64,000 nt of DNA from Archaeoglobus sp. JdFR-37. GTDB lineage: Archaea > Halobacteriota > Archaeoglobi > Archaeoglobales > Archaeoglobaceae. The DNA lies in contig MTMY01000002.1 in the NCBI GenBank assembly GCA_002010215.1, forward strand, positions 9,728 to 73,727, read 5' to 3'. Below the pieces are notes generated by a model that was not told the origin of the DNA, did not search any database, and saw only the letters and a list, made by a program, of their open reading frames with translations. The position numbers were made by a program, and so were the translations under genes. Positions 8,251-17,336 of the stretch are shown here, one piece after another (the first letter of the stretch is position 1; every line of letters begins with the position of its first letter).

Positions 8251-9947
8251 CTCCTTCCAAATTTCCTGTAAATCACCAACAGTACTAAGAAAGAGATTAC
8301 AATAACTGCACCACCTATGAGAGCTGCATTGCTTTTCTCCTTCACCACCACCTTAAACTCTTCCTGAAGGCTTGTCTGATCTCCTTCCGCCTTCACCTTT
8401 ACTTTGTACTCGCTCGGCAGAGTATCTGATGGAATTACTGTACTGACTGTAACCATAACACTATCTCCCGGCATTAAAGCGGAAATCTGAGATGGTTCAG
8501 CAGACACGCTCCAGCCTGATGGAACTTCAGCATCTATCCTCAGATTGGTGACTGATGCACCTCTCCCTGAATTCATGAGGAGGAACCTCAACTCTACCAC
8601 TTTTCCCGGTTCTGCTGTTACCAAGTACCGTCCCCCAACAGGTTCCAGCCTCAGTACATATTCTCCTCTCAGGACTAGTATGATGGTCTTCTCCATGTCA
8701 TAATTTCCGTCAGCTTTCACACTCAGATTGTAGCTTCCCGGTTCAGCGTTGTAGGGAAGGATAACCTCCAAATAAATCTCCTTTGCCTCACCACTTTTTA
8801 CAAAAACCTCAGAAACCCCTTCAACTGACTCCTGAGATTCCTTGAATCTGTAATAGAAGTTTTCCGGCAAGCCATAAACCTTGAGCTTAAATATGTCATC
8901 CAGATATCCTTTATTCTCCATTCTTAATCTGAAAGTGGGATTTCCGGTTCCAAGAGTGAAGGATAATTTCGGATTTGCTACAACAAGTTCCGAATAATAG
9001 GGTTTCTTCTCCAGCACTATTGTTCCCAAATCCTTAACCTTCCCTGCCTTTACCTCTACATCTTTAATTTCCTTGCTGAAATACCCATTCTTTATTACTT
9101 CTATACTGTAAACTCCCTGTGGAAGCTCTACAACAGCCTCTCCCTCTGCAGAAGTCATGAAGGTTTCTTCAACCGCTCCTACTGCCCTTACCTGTGCCGA
9201 TTCAACAGCTCTGCCATCTTTACCAACAACTTTGAGCTTTACTTTTCCTTTCTCACCTTTGTGGGTTTTGGTTATGTAAACAAGAATTTCCGTCGTTTGG
9301 TTATTCATTTTGGGCTTAACGGCATATTCTCCCACATCAGCCTGGCTGTCCGTCTCAATTTCAAGGTTGAGCTGTCTCGTTTCGCCTGGCTTTAAAATAA
9401 GCCTATATACCTCAGTCTCACCATCAAGATATCGCCATGTCCAGTTCTCTGGGACAGTACAAGACAAATTCACCTCAAGCTCTGTATTGACCTTGTTTTT
9501 TAGCTCAATTGGAATCGTTACCTTCTCTCCAGCTTCAACCCTTATGCCAGAAAAGCTTGGGGTTATTTCTATAGAAGTTTCAGGCATTCTTACTTTAATT
9601 CTGAGGGTCGTGGAGTCAAGAGCATAAACCCAGACGGTGTACTCCTTCTCCTCTGCATCCCTTGGCACTTCAAGCCAGAACTCAATTATCCTGCTCTCTT
9701 TGGCATCAAGCTGTATCCAGTTTACCTCCTTTCCATTGTAGAAAAACTTCCCACTGAAGCCTTCAGGAGCTGTGTAGCTGAGTTTAACAGAAGTTTTCGT
9801 TTCATAATCATTGGTGATTGTTAGCCAGAACTTCAGAACTTCTCCAGGAACCGCATTCACACCCTTCACATCACTTTCTATAGAGCCTACAATTAGCAAG
9901 GCCGCTAAAAGGATGACAATAATCTTTACATTTCCGGTGGGCACCAT
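8247..9947 (-). CDS. Large surface-exposed repeat protein (NEW3/COG1470-like beta-sandwich repeats plus a carboxypeptidase-regulatory-like domain) with C-terminal membrane anchor
   Basis: N-terminal signal/anchor. Several modules of about 100 aa with similar patterns (EVPxxAEPGxY-like). Central KVVGKDGRAVESAQV...GVYSIEVIKNGY segment. C-terminal TM helix followed by YRKFGRR. Last gene of an ABC operon. Confidence 0.6.
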   Translation of the reverse strand: MVPTGNVKIIVILLAALLIVGSIESDVKGVNAVPGEVLKFWLTITNDYETKTSVKLSYTAPEGFSGKFFYNGKEVNWIQLDAKESRIIEFWLEVPRDAEEKEYTVWVYALDSTTLRIKVRMPETSIEITPSFSGIRVEAGEKVTIPIELKNKVNTELEVNLSCTVPENWTWRYLDGETEVYRLILKPGETRQLNLEIETDSQADVGEYAVKPKMNNQTTEILVYITKTHKGEKGKVKLKVVGKDGRAVESAQVRAVGAVEETFMTSAEGEAVVELPQGVYSIEVIKNGYFSKEIKDVEVKAGKVKDLGTIVLEKKPYYSELVVANPKLSFTLGTGNPTFRLRMENKGYLDDIFKLKVYGLPENFYYRFKESQESVEGVSEVFVKSGEAKEIYLEVILPYNAEPGSYNLSVKADGNYDMEKTIILVLRGEYVLRLEPVGGRYLVTAEPGKVVELRFLLMNSGRGASVTNLRIDAEVPSGWSVSAEPSQISALMPGDSVMVTVSTVIPSDTLPSEYKVKVKAEGDQTSLQEEFKVVVKEKSNAALIGGAVIVISFLVLLVIYRKFGRR

Positions 9948-9987
9948 TTACCACTCACCTTTCTCATATAGCCCTTAATATAGCCCT

Positions 9988-10965
9988 TCATACAATATCC
10001 ATCCTCAGGAATTTTATATAGCTCAAAATAAAGAAAATTACTGGCAGCGCAATGAATCCGATCAGATTTTTGGTTGTGTCTTTGGTCTCAAAAATGGGCC
10101 GTGTACCGAGAGATGAGAGGAGAGCAAGATAGTTTGTTGTTGGAGAGAGGATTGAGAAAGTATCAGATACTGCCCGCTTTTTCTTCCAGTACTCATCTCT
10201 TTGCCTTTCATACTCCTCCCATAGTTTTTTCGCTTCCTCATTTTCAGCCGGCATTTTTCCTTCATCAATCTTAACTACCGGAGCACTCCCTCCACTTGGT
10301 GGAGGGACAGGCATGCTGGGGGGTGGAACTGAAGGAGGTCTTGGTGGTGGTCCAACAATGGATTGGGCCACAATTTCCCCAAATATCGGTAAGATTGCCA
10401 TAAAAAGAATTAAGAATCCGAATGCTATTATTAGGGCAGTTCCAGAATTTCTTGCAATCGTTGAAGCGAAGAGAGAGATGGCAAAGAAGGTAAAGGTGTA
10501 TGCCAAAGTCAGCACTCCAAATTTGAATACATCAACTACATCAGAAAAGGAAGGATAAATCCCGTAGAGCAGGAGAATGCCCAATGAGATCGTCAGAATC
10601 AGAAAAATCGCGATGCTTAGTGCAGCAAAGGCTCCAATGGCTTTACAGTTTATAACCGAATCTCTGTAAACCGGGTGAGATAATAGAGTTTTAAGCGAGC
10701 CTTCCTCCTTCTCTTTGGTGACAAGGTCGAAGCCCATAAGCAGTCCAAGAAAGGCTCCAAAAGTCATAAAACCAAGGCTGCTGGATATTCCAAAAATAGA
10801 GACGAAAGGTCTCTCCATCCCGGCAGTATATGCGTTATAAAATCCTTGAACTCCCTGATAAACAGTGTACACTGTAATCAACAGAATTACACCTGCAAGA
10901 GCCAGAAATCTCTTGCTGGAGATCTGGTCTGCAAACTCCTTTTTGGCAACGATTGACACGCTCAA
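9988..10965 (-). CDS. ABC-2 type transporter permease with proline-rich extracytoplasmic insert
   Basis: Polytopic membrane protein downstream of the ABC ATPase. Unusual insert VGPPPRPPSVPPPSMPVPPPSGG followed by a charged helix. Confidence 0.65.
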   Translation of the reverse strand: MSVSIVAKKEFADQISSKRFLALAGVILLITVYTVYQGVQGFYNAYTAGMERPFVSIFGISSSLGFMTFGAFLGLLMGFDLVTKEKEEGSLKTLLSHPVYRDSVINCKAIGAFAALSIAIFLILTISLGILLLYGIYPSFSDVVDVFKFGVLTLAYTFTFFAISLFASTIARNSGTALIIAFGFLILFMAILPIFGEIVAQSIVGPPPRPPSVPPPSMPVPPPSGGSAPVVKIDEGKMPAENEEAKKLWEEYERQRDEYWKKKRAVSDTFSILSPTTNYLALLSSLGTRPIFETKDTTKNLIGFIALPVIFFILSYIKFLRMDIV

Positions 10966-10976
10966 CCTATACCCTC

Positions 10977-11906
10977 CTAGCCCTCCTGAATGATTCTAAG
11001 ATATATTTCCTCGAGACTTGGTTCCTGAAGGTGCAGCTCTTTAACAACGTAGCCCATTTCAAAAAGCGTTTTTGCGATTTCTACTCTGCAGTCCCTCTCA
11101 CATTCCAGAATATACCGCCTATGTCCCTCATCATCCCCATCAACTATCTCTATTCTCGATGCAAATGGTTTTAAAACCGATTCATCTTCAAGCTGCGGTT
11201 CGGTCTCAAGGAATATTTTCATCGAATCATTGAGGTTCTTCGTCAGCTCTTTTATATCTCCTTTAATTATTAATCTGCCTCTAGATATTATTCCGATGGT
11301 CTTGCAGACCGCCCTGACTTCAGAGAGAATGTGGGAGGAGAAGAATATTGTCTTTCCCTCCCTTTCCAGCCAGGTAACGAGTTTCCTGAATTCTGCTGCA
11401 CCTTCTGGATCCAAGCCCGATGTTGGTTCATCCAAAAACACAATTTCAGGGTCGTTGAGTAAAGCTTGAGCTAAACCAAGCCTCTGCCTCATTCCCCTGG
11501 AAAAACTCCCTACCTTCTTATCCGCCGACTCCGCCAGACCGACAATCTCGAGAAGAGTATCTATCCTCTCCCTCACATCGTCAATTTTGTAGAATTCAGC
11601 AAAGTAGGTTAAATTCTGCATTGCAGTCATATGCCTGTAAAATCCCACATTCTCAGGAAGATAACCGGCAATTTTCTTAACCTCTATGGGGTTTCTCACC
11701 ACATCTATCCCCGCTATCCTTATCTCACCAGAAGTAGGCTGAATCATTCCCATGAGAAGGTTGATGGTTGTGGTCTTACCAGCTCCGTTAGGACCAAGAA
11801 ATCCGAAAACTTCGTTCTTTTCGATGTGAAGATTGAGATTGTCCAAAGCCTTAATCTGAGCGTAGCTCTTGCATAAGTTTTTTGTCTCAATCATTACACT
11901 TGGCAC
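10977..11906 (-). CDS. ABC transporter ATP-binding protein (ABC-2/NosF-like subfamily)
   Basis: Walker A GPNGAGKTT, signature FSRGMRQRL, Walker B VFLDEPTSGLD. Confidence 0.9.
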   Translation of the reverse strand: MPSVMIETKNLCKSYAQIKALDNLNLHIEKNEVFGFLGPNGAGKTTTINLLMGMIQPTSGEIRIAGIDVVRNPIEVKKIAGYLPENVGFYRHMTAMQNLTYFAEFYKIDDVRERIDTLLEIVGLAESADKKVGSFSRGMRQRLGLAQALLNDPEIVFLDEPTSGLDPEGAAEFRKLVTWLEREGKTIFFSSHILSEVRAVCKTIGIISRGRLIIKGDIKELTKNLNDSMKIFLETEPQLEDESVLKPFASRIEIVDGDDEGHRRYILECERDCRVEIAKTLFEMGYVVKELHLQEPSLEEIYLRIIQEG

Positions 11907-12123
11907 TCCATTAAAAACACTATTTAAATTTTTTCAATATGTTAGTTTATATAAAAATCGAATCTGGGTAAGAAGTAATATAGGAAATATTAATTAAATC
12001 AAATTCAAACTAGATTTAAAATATTTAAATTTAAAAGATTGTCTCAGCAGGACCTTAGTAGATACAATTATATATCAACCACGAGAGAAATCTTTACAAG
12101 TTGTTAAAGGGAAATATGGTTAT

Positions 12124-12462
12124 ATGAGTAGTATTACTGCTGAAGTTGCTGCCCTGTCCGCAACTTTCCTGCTGAACCTTCCATTTGGTTACTGGAGAAA
12201 AATGACCAGAAAGATGACAAAGGAGTGGTTCCTTGCCATTCACTCTCCCGTTCCTCTGGTGTTTTTGACTCGACTTCTTGCAGGTGTTTCTGTATCCCAC
12301 ATACCCTTTTTCATATTCTCATTCTTCCTAGGCCAGTTCACTGGAGGAAGAATACGGGATATGCTTGGGAGGAAGTACAGGCAGCTCAGCAAGTGCATGA
12401 TAGTTGACTTAACTAGAATTATAAGAAAGGATATTAATGGGACCTTTGATTTTATTAATTAA
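12124..12462 (+). CDS. Hypothetical small membrane protein (112 aa)
   Basis: Two to three predicted hydrophobic helices. No recognisable family. Confidence 0.35.
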   Translation: MSSITAEVAALSATFLLNLPFGYWRKMTRKMTKEWFLAIHSPVPLVFLTRLLAGVSVSHIPFFIFSFFLGQFTGGRIRDMLGRKYRQLSKCMIVDLTRIIRKDINGTFDFIN

Positions 12463-12489
12463 AAAAAATATAAAGTAGAACAAAATTTG

Positions 12490-13989
12490 CTATTTCCTAC
12501 GCTTTACCAGCAATGCTATCCAGACCATGGCTGCCAGAGCAACAGGGAGTCCAACAAAAGGTGTAGCTTTTGGCTGACTTTTCTCTGGTGTTTGCGCTGT
12601 TTCTGAAACTTGCTGGGTCTTTGCAGCTTCAACCATTGCCTCAAGCTTCTTTATTTTGAGTTGCGTATCATACCATGCCTGCAACCTGCCGTATTTATCC
12701 ATCAGTGTATCCACAATTCCATTCCAGTGTGCCCAGTCGGGACCCATCATGCTGGCCCCCATCCTCCATCTCCTGCCGTCATGATGCCATATGTAGTACC
12801 ACATGAATTCCGGAAATTCGTCGAGAGAGTTGCTGTCATCCGCCAGTCCCTCCTCGTATATCTTGTATAGTAATGCTTTGGCTGATTTTGCAACCTTATT
12901 GTAATCCTCTACAACCCTGTCGAACTCGTCGAAGTACATCTTCACCCACCTGGGGCTATGGCATCCCTGACATACCTGCATCATATTCTTCCTGTTCTCC
13001 TGTGCTTTAGCCTCATCTGGACTGTACTGCCCAATAGCAACGAGATTTGCAGGATACCACTGAGGAGTGCTTATCTTTGGTTGAAGTTCCCAGTAAAGCC
13101 TTTCTCCAACATCGTGGGTTGTTGGCACTCCATTAAAACCACTCATGTGGCATATAGCACACGTCGGAGCGGGCGTATTCTCAGGAGTTAGATCCTCCTC
13201 CTTCAGGAAGCTCTTGTCTTCCAATGAGAAGAATATGTTCCCGTGCTTACTCTCTTCATATATCTCCATCTGCGGATGGTCGGGGCCGAGATGACATTGT
13301 CCACACGTTTCAGGTGCTCTTGCCTCTTCGATGCTGAATTTGTGTCTAGTGTGACATGAAGCACATGAGCCCGGCACTCCGTCAGGGTTCAACCTGCCAA
13401 CTCCGTTGTTGGGCCATCCCTTCACTATCTTTCCTTCATCATCAACTATTACTGCACTCCCGTGGCATTCCAGACAGTAGAGGATGTTTCCATAACCATC
13501 TAGTTCTTCTCTCAACCCCAGTCTGTCCATCATCCCGCTAGCAGGATACAGCGGAGTTACTCTGCTTCTGAGATCTCCATATGGATTATTTTCCCTCATT
13601 ATTTTTTCAGTGGGCGCCTCACCAGCCTTCAACTTCCCCTGATTTACCAAATCATTATACCAGGGCTTGAACGGTCCTATCAAAGCTGTCCATGCATGTT
13701 TGCTGTTCATGAATTCCCGAACCTGCTGTGCATGGCATCGTTCACAATACTTTGGAGACGGGACGGGCGTTATGCGGTTTCCATAGTGAGTTACAACACT
13801 CGGATCATCATGTCCCGGAAGCTCACCATGACAGTCCAAGCAGCCAACGCCTTTCTCAGCCATCACTGAACGCTCATAATCTGCCACTATCCCCGGAGTG
13901 AGAGATTTATGGCAGTTGATACACTGTTCTGTGGCCTGAACAACACCTATTGTTAACAGAAGGGCTGTCAGAAACACAATGGCTCGCAT
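12490..13989 (-). CDS. Octahaem c-type cytochrome, hydroxylamine oxidoreductase (HAO) family-like, with signal peptide and C-terminal membrane anchor
   Basis: Eight CxxCH motifs (CINCH, CLDCH, CERCH, CLECH, CASCH, CGQCH, CAICH, CQGCH). N-terminal signal sequence. C-terminal Thr/Gln/Pro linker, then TPFVGLPVALAAMVWIALLVKRRK. Confidence 0.8.
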   Translation of the reverse strand: MRAIVFLTALLLTIGVVQATEQCINCHKSLTPGIVADYERSVMAEKGVGCLDCHGELPGHDDPSVVTHYGNRITPVPSPKYCERCHAQQVREFMNSKHAWTALIGPFKPWYNDLVNQGKLKAGEAPTEKIMRENNPYGDLRSRVTPLYPASGMMDRLGLREELDGYGNILYCLECHGSAVIVDDEGKIVKGWPNNGVGRLNPDGVPGSCASCHTRHKFSIEEARAPETCGQCHLGPDHPQMEIYEESKHGNIFFSLEDKSFLKEEDLTPENTPAPTCAICHMSGFNGVPTTHDVGERLYWELQPKISTPQWYPANLVAIGQYSPDEAKAQENRKNMMQVCQGCHSPRWVKMYFDEFDRVVEDYNKVAKSAKALLYKIYEEGLADDSNSLDEFPEFMWYYIWHHDGRRWRMGASMMGPDWAHWNGIVDTLMDKYGRLQAWYDTQLKIKKLEAMVEAAKTQQVSETAQTPEKSQPKATPFVGLPVALAAMVWIALLVKRRK

Positions 13990-14210
13990 ATTACCACCAA
14001 ATTACTATGATATTCGTAAATTTTTAAACTTTTCGATTTTTACAAAACATTAGTATCTTTTTGTTTTTTTAATCATACACTTTTTGAAAAATAAGTTATA
14101 TCGAATAAATTCTCAAAGATTCAACTTTTCACAGATTCAGGGCGGAATCTGGCCGTTTAAAAAATCAGTATATATCACCAGATACTTTCCATGGCCTCAA
14201 CAAAATTACG

Positions 14211-15377
14211 TTATCCAACAAAAAAACTGTAGAGTTCTGAGATCTTCCACGCCGCATCCAGCTTAAATCCTGCTTTTTTCCTTATTAATTTCCATAAAAC
14301 ACTATAACTGTTTTCTTCCCTCGCAAGTTTTAAAACAGCATCCATCAGCTCCTGGTTCTCTTTAAGAAAACTATACGCTTTACGGGGCGAAAAGTGAAAT
14401 ATCATGCTGAGTCTTCTTGCGTATTCAAGTTCTGAGCAGATCTCCTTCGCTACTCTGACGTCGTACTCCCTCAATTCCATGTCACCATCCATCACCCTTT
14501 CAAGCACTTCACCGCCAATTCTAGCACTTTTAACAGCGTAGTATATCCCCTCACCAGTAAATGGGTCAGCAAGAGATGCAGCATCCCCCGTAAGCAATAT
14601 ACGATTTGTCGAAAGCTTCGACACTCCATCAAATACTGGAAGGAGTGAACCATACCTCTTCTCACTCACAACCCTTCCAGCAATTTCCTGCTCTTCGAGG
14701 AAATAGTCATAGTACTTTCTGAGTTTCTTTGTCTTACCTCTCAGGCTCCCAATTCCCACAGAAAGCACATCTTTTTTAGGAAAGATCCACCCGTAACCAC
14801 ATGGAACCGATCCAAAATCAAAGTGAAGGTGTCCGTTATATTCAGACAGCAGTGCTTTTTCAACGATGAGCTCACCATCTAGTAGCACTGCAACCCTCCG
14901 TCGTAGCTTCAACCCCGTACTAGACGCGACAATGCTATTCGCGCCATCTGACCCTACAGCAAATTGAGAATAATAAACACCATCTCTGGCCACAACTTTT
15001 ACTCCCCCCTCCTCTTCCCCGACTCCTGTAACCTTCTTTCCTTCTATGATTTTCACGCCTGCTTCTTTGGCTTTCTGCATCAGATAATGGTCAAACTTAT
15101 CCCTCATAACCAAATAAGCAACAGGATGATTTGATTCAATAATAATACTATCTTCTCCCCTGAACGTAAACCCGATTTTGTATATGTCTCTTTCCACCAC
15201 CTCTTTAAAGTCGCTGCCAATTACCTTTTCTACTTTTGCAGTAACTCCTCCACCACATGGTTTATACCTAGGGAAGCGTTTTCTGTCTATAGCAATAACT
15301 CTGAATCCTTTCCTAGCAAGTTCATAAGCAGCCGTAGCTCCTGCAGGCCCTAATCCAACTACGATAACATCATACAT
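14211..15377 (-). CDS. FAD-dependent geranylgeranyl reductase family oxidoreductase (paralog 1)
   Basis: N-terminal dinucleotide fold YDVIVVGLGPAGATAA. About 390 aa, with the GDAA motif (LLTGDAASLADPFTGEGI) typical of the GGR family. Confidence 0.8.
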   Translation of the reverse strand: MYDVIVVGLGPAGATAAYELARKGFRVIAIDRKRFPRYKPCGGGVTAKVEKVIGSDFKEVVERDIYKIGFTFRGEDSIIIESNHPVAYLVMRDKFDHYLMQKAKEAGVKIIEGKKVTGVGEEEGGVKVVARDGVYYSQFAVGSDGANSIVASSTGLKLRRRVAVLLDGELIVEKALLSEYNGHLHFDFGSVPCGYGWIFPKKDVLSVGIGSLRGKTKKLRKYYDYFLEEQEIAGRVVSEKRYGSLLPVFDGVSKLSTNRILLTGDAASLADPFTGEGIYYAVKSARIGGEVLERVMDGDMELREYDVRVAKEICSELEYARRLSMIFHFSPRKAYSFLKENQELMDAVLKLAREENSYSVLWKLIRKKAGFKLDAAWKISELYSFFVG

Positions 15378-15622
15378 CTTTCAATCACCTACAAAGCACA
15401 GTGAAGTATCGTCTGAACTCGAAATTGGAAGTTAACAAATATCTGAATAAATAATCTCGAAAATATAACTGCAGCATATCTAGGGTTATTTTACATCAGA
15501 TATAAATAAGTTGTTCGAATTGTATGAAGATTTAAATTCCGGAATAGCTATTTAAATTAAAAATTTAAATGGAACATTGCAATACCACCAGCATCAAAAT
15601 TTCGCCACCATACCACCATAAT

Positions 15623-15635
15623 TCTTAAATATCCA
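15623..15635 (+). promoter_or_regulatory. Putative BRE/TATA promoter box of the 5S rRNA gene (TCTTAAATATCCA)
   Basis: AT-rich TATA-like box about 20-30 nt upstream of the 5S 5' end. The identical 13-mer precedes rpl21e on the other strand at 20341-20353. Confidence 0.55.
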
Positions 15636-15653
15636 GCAATTAGTGTAAGATTT

Positions 15654-15774
15654 GCCGACGGTCATAGGGGTGGGGGAAACACCCGGTCTCATTCCGAACC
15701 CGGAAGTTAAGCCTCGCCCCGTTCCGCGTTGTACTGTGTTCCGAGAGGGCACGGGAAGCGCGGAAACTGTCGGC
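15654..15774 (+). rRNA. rrf: 5S ribosomal RNA (stand-alone, not linked to 16S/23S in this window)
   Basis: Canonical 5S core ...GGGAAACACCCGGTCTCATTCCGAACCCGGAAGTTAAGC... The terminal helix pairs 15654-15662 with 15766-15774. Followed by a T6 tract. Confidence 0.9.
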
Positions 15775-15787
15775 CTCCCTACCCATG

Positions 15788-15793
15788 TTTTTT
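15788..15793 (+). terminator. Oligo-T archaeal terminator after the 5S rRNA
   Basis: TTTTTT lies 14 nt after the 5S 3' end. Confidence 0.5.
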
Positions 15794-15875
15794 AAGATTA
15801 ATTGTGACCCTAAGTTTAACTGTAACTCTGGCTGCAACTTCGAAAGCAATTAATTCTCCCAGACCAACTCTTTAT

Positions 15876-16499
15876 GTGAAAAAGGAGCTTGAGATTATAC
15901 TTGAGAAACTCGAAGGTTTCAGAACTCCCAAAATTCAACTCGAGCAGTACGTAACTCCACCAGCCCTTGTAGCTGAGATGGTTGTAACTGCTAAGCTTAT
16001 GGATGACCTCGAAAACGTTGTCGACCTAGGCTGCGGGACAGGGATTTTATCCATAGCTGCAGCAATGTTTGGTGCTAATGCTGTGGGGTTCGACATAGAT
16101 ATAGAGGCATTACGTACAGCCAAGAAAAATGCTCGAAAAATAGGAGTCGACGTGGATTTCGTCCAATCTGATGTCCGCACGCTTTGTCTCAGAGACTTTA
16201 AAGGCTTTACTACCCTAATGAACCCCCCATTCGGCATTCAGGTGAGAGGTGCTGATAGACCTTTCTTGGAAAAGGCCATGGAATTCTCGAAAGTTATCTA
16301 CACTATACATTCAGCAGGGAGTGAAGAATTCGTAGCCAAGCTGGCGGAAGAGAGAGGATATGTCATTACCCACCTCTGGAAGTACAGCATACCTTTGCGG
16401 AGAACATACTCCTTCCACGAAAAAGCATTTAAATATATACCTGTGGAGGTATTCAGACTGGAGAGGAAAAAAGATGAAGTTCGTAATGCCCGGAGATAA
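15876..16499 (+). CDS. SAM-dependent RNA methyltransferase, METTL5-like (NPPF-type N6-adenine/amino methylase)
   Basis: SAM-binding VVDLGCGTGILS and catalytic NPPFG. The ORF track begins at 15729 inside the 5S gene; the in-frame GTG at 15876 (MKKELEIILEKLEGF) gives about 207 aa. Confidence 0.7.
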   Translation: MKKELEIILEKLEGFRTPKIQLEQYVTPPALVAEMVVTAKLMDDLENVVDLGCGTGILSIAAAMFGANAVGFDIDIEALRTAKKNARKIGVDVDFVQSDVRTLCLRDFKGFTTLMNPPFGIQVRGADRPFLEKAMEFSKVIYTIHSAGSEEFVAKLAEERGYVITHLWKYSIPLRRTYSFHEKAFKYIPVEVFRLERKKDEVRNARR

Positions 16500-17016
16500 A
16501 CTCGGTTATGCTGAAGAATATGCAGCAGGAAAAGGAGTTTATGAGGAAAATGGTGAGCTTTTTGCCTCAGTTGCTGGAAAAGTAGTTATGAGAGACAGGG
16601 TAATCAGCGTTGAACCCGTAAAAAGAATACCCGAAATAAAAAAGGGAGATGTTGTGGTTGGGAGAATAATTGACCTCCGCAACTCTCTCGCTCTGGTGGA
16701 AATAGCCAGAAAAGAAGGTTTTGATAGAGAGCTCATGCACACCGGCCTGGGAGCCATACACATCTCCAACGTGCAGCCTGGATATCTGAAAGACATATCA
16801 ACGGCTTTTGGGTACAGAGATATTGTGAGAGCCAAGGTTGTAGATGTTGAACAGATGAAGCTTTCCACCAAGGAAGAGGGAATGGGTGTGATAAAGGCTA
16901 TATGCAGCATTTGTAAGGAAGGTCTTGTGCTGGAAAAAAACAAGCTCGTCTGTCCGAGCTGTGGAAACGTTGAAAAAAGGAGAGTATCTCCTGAATATGG
17001 TAAAGGAAGGTGGTGA
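16474..17016 (+). CDS. csl4: Exosome complex RNA-binding subunit Csl4
   Basis: Start MKFVMPGDKLG. S1-like central domain and C-terminal zinc ribbon CSIC...CPSCG. About 180 aa. The upstream part of the 218-aa ORF overlaps the methyltransferase gene. Confidence 0.8.
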   Translation: MKFVMPGDKLGYAEEYAAGKGVYEENGELFASVAGKVVMRDRVISVEPVKRIPEIKKGDVVVGRIIDLRNSLALVEIARKEGFDRELMHTGLGAIHISNVQPGYLKDISTAFGYRDIVRAKVVDVEQMKLSTKEEGMGVIKAICSICKEGLVLEKNKLVCPSCGNVEKRRVSPEYGKGRW

Positions 17017-17018
17017 AT

Positions 17019-17279
17019 GTGGAGATAAAGGTGCTTGAGCTTACAGATGACTACATCAGGCTTGTGGTGAAAGGGGAAGACCACACACTCCTCAACCTCC
17101 TCACCCACTACCTGCTGGAGGATGAAGAAGTTCTGCTGGCAAAATACCATATCCCCCACCCTCTCACTGGGGAACCGGAGCTTGTTGTCAGGACGAACGG
17201 GAAAAGCCCGGTTCAGGCAATAAAAGAGGCTAACGAGAGGATCATAAAGGCCACTGAAGAGCTGATTTCCCAGATCTGA
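17019..17279 (+). CDS. rpoL: DNA-directed RNA polymerase subunit L (Rpo11)
   Basis: (M)EIKVLELTDDYIRLVVKGEDHTLLNLL is the typical Rpo11 N-terminus. GTG 17019 follows the GGTGGTGA RBS. The ORF is open from 17010. Confidence 0.85.
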   Translation: MEIKVLELTDDYIRLVVKGEDHTLLNLLTHYLLEDEEVLLAKYHIPHPLTGEPELVVRTNGKSPVQAIKEANERIIKATEELISQI

Positions 17280-17336
17280 GGGTTGATTTTGTTTGCGGTA
17301 ACTCTCTTTTTAAATGGATCTTTATGGAGATTTAAA

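Noticed and set aside
15668-15678. AGGGGTGGGGG inside the 5S rRNA, which matches the G-string part of the ORB-like 25-mer.
   Set aside because: Only 11 nt are shared and the dyad/GGAAA part is missing. This is a conserved 5S helix segment, so the match is coincidental.
15729-15875. 5' extension of the 256-aa ORF (15729-16499) running through the 5S rRNA gene.
   Set aside because: It overlaps the 3' part of a clear 5S rRNA and its oligo-T terminator. The in-frame GTG at 15876 gives a methyltransferase of normal length.
16539-17159. 206-aa ORF antisense to csl4/rpoL. Similar long antisense ORFs occur at 5102-5611, 21592-22137, 29804-30259, 34790-35233, 42493-42891, 43824-44222, 55923-56342 and 58250-58708.
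   Set aside because: All lie opposite genes with strong family motifs. They have low-complexity or Ser/Pro/Cys-rich compositions and no RBS or promoter context, so they are typical shadow ORFs.
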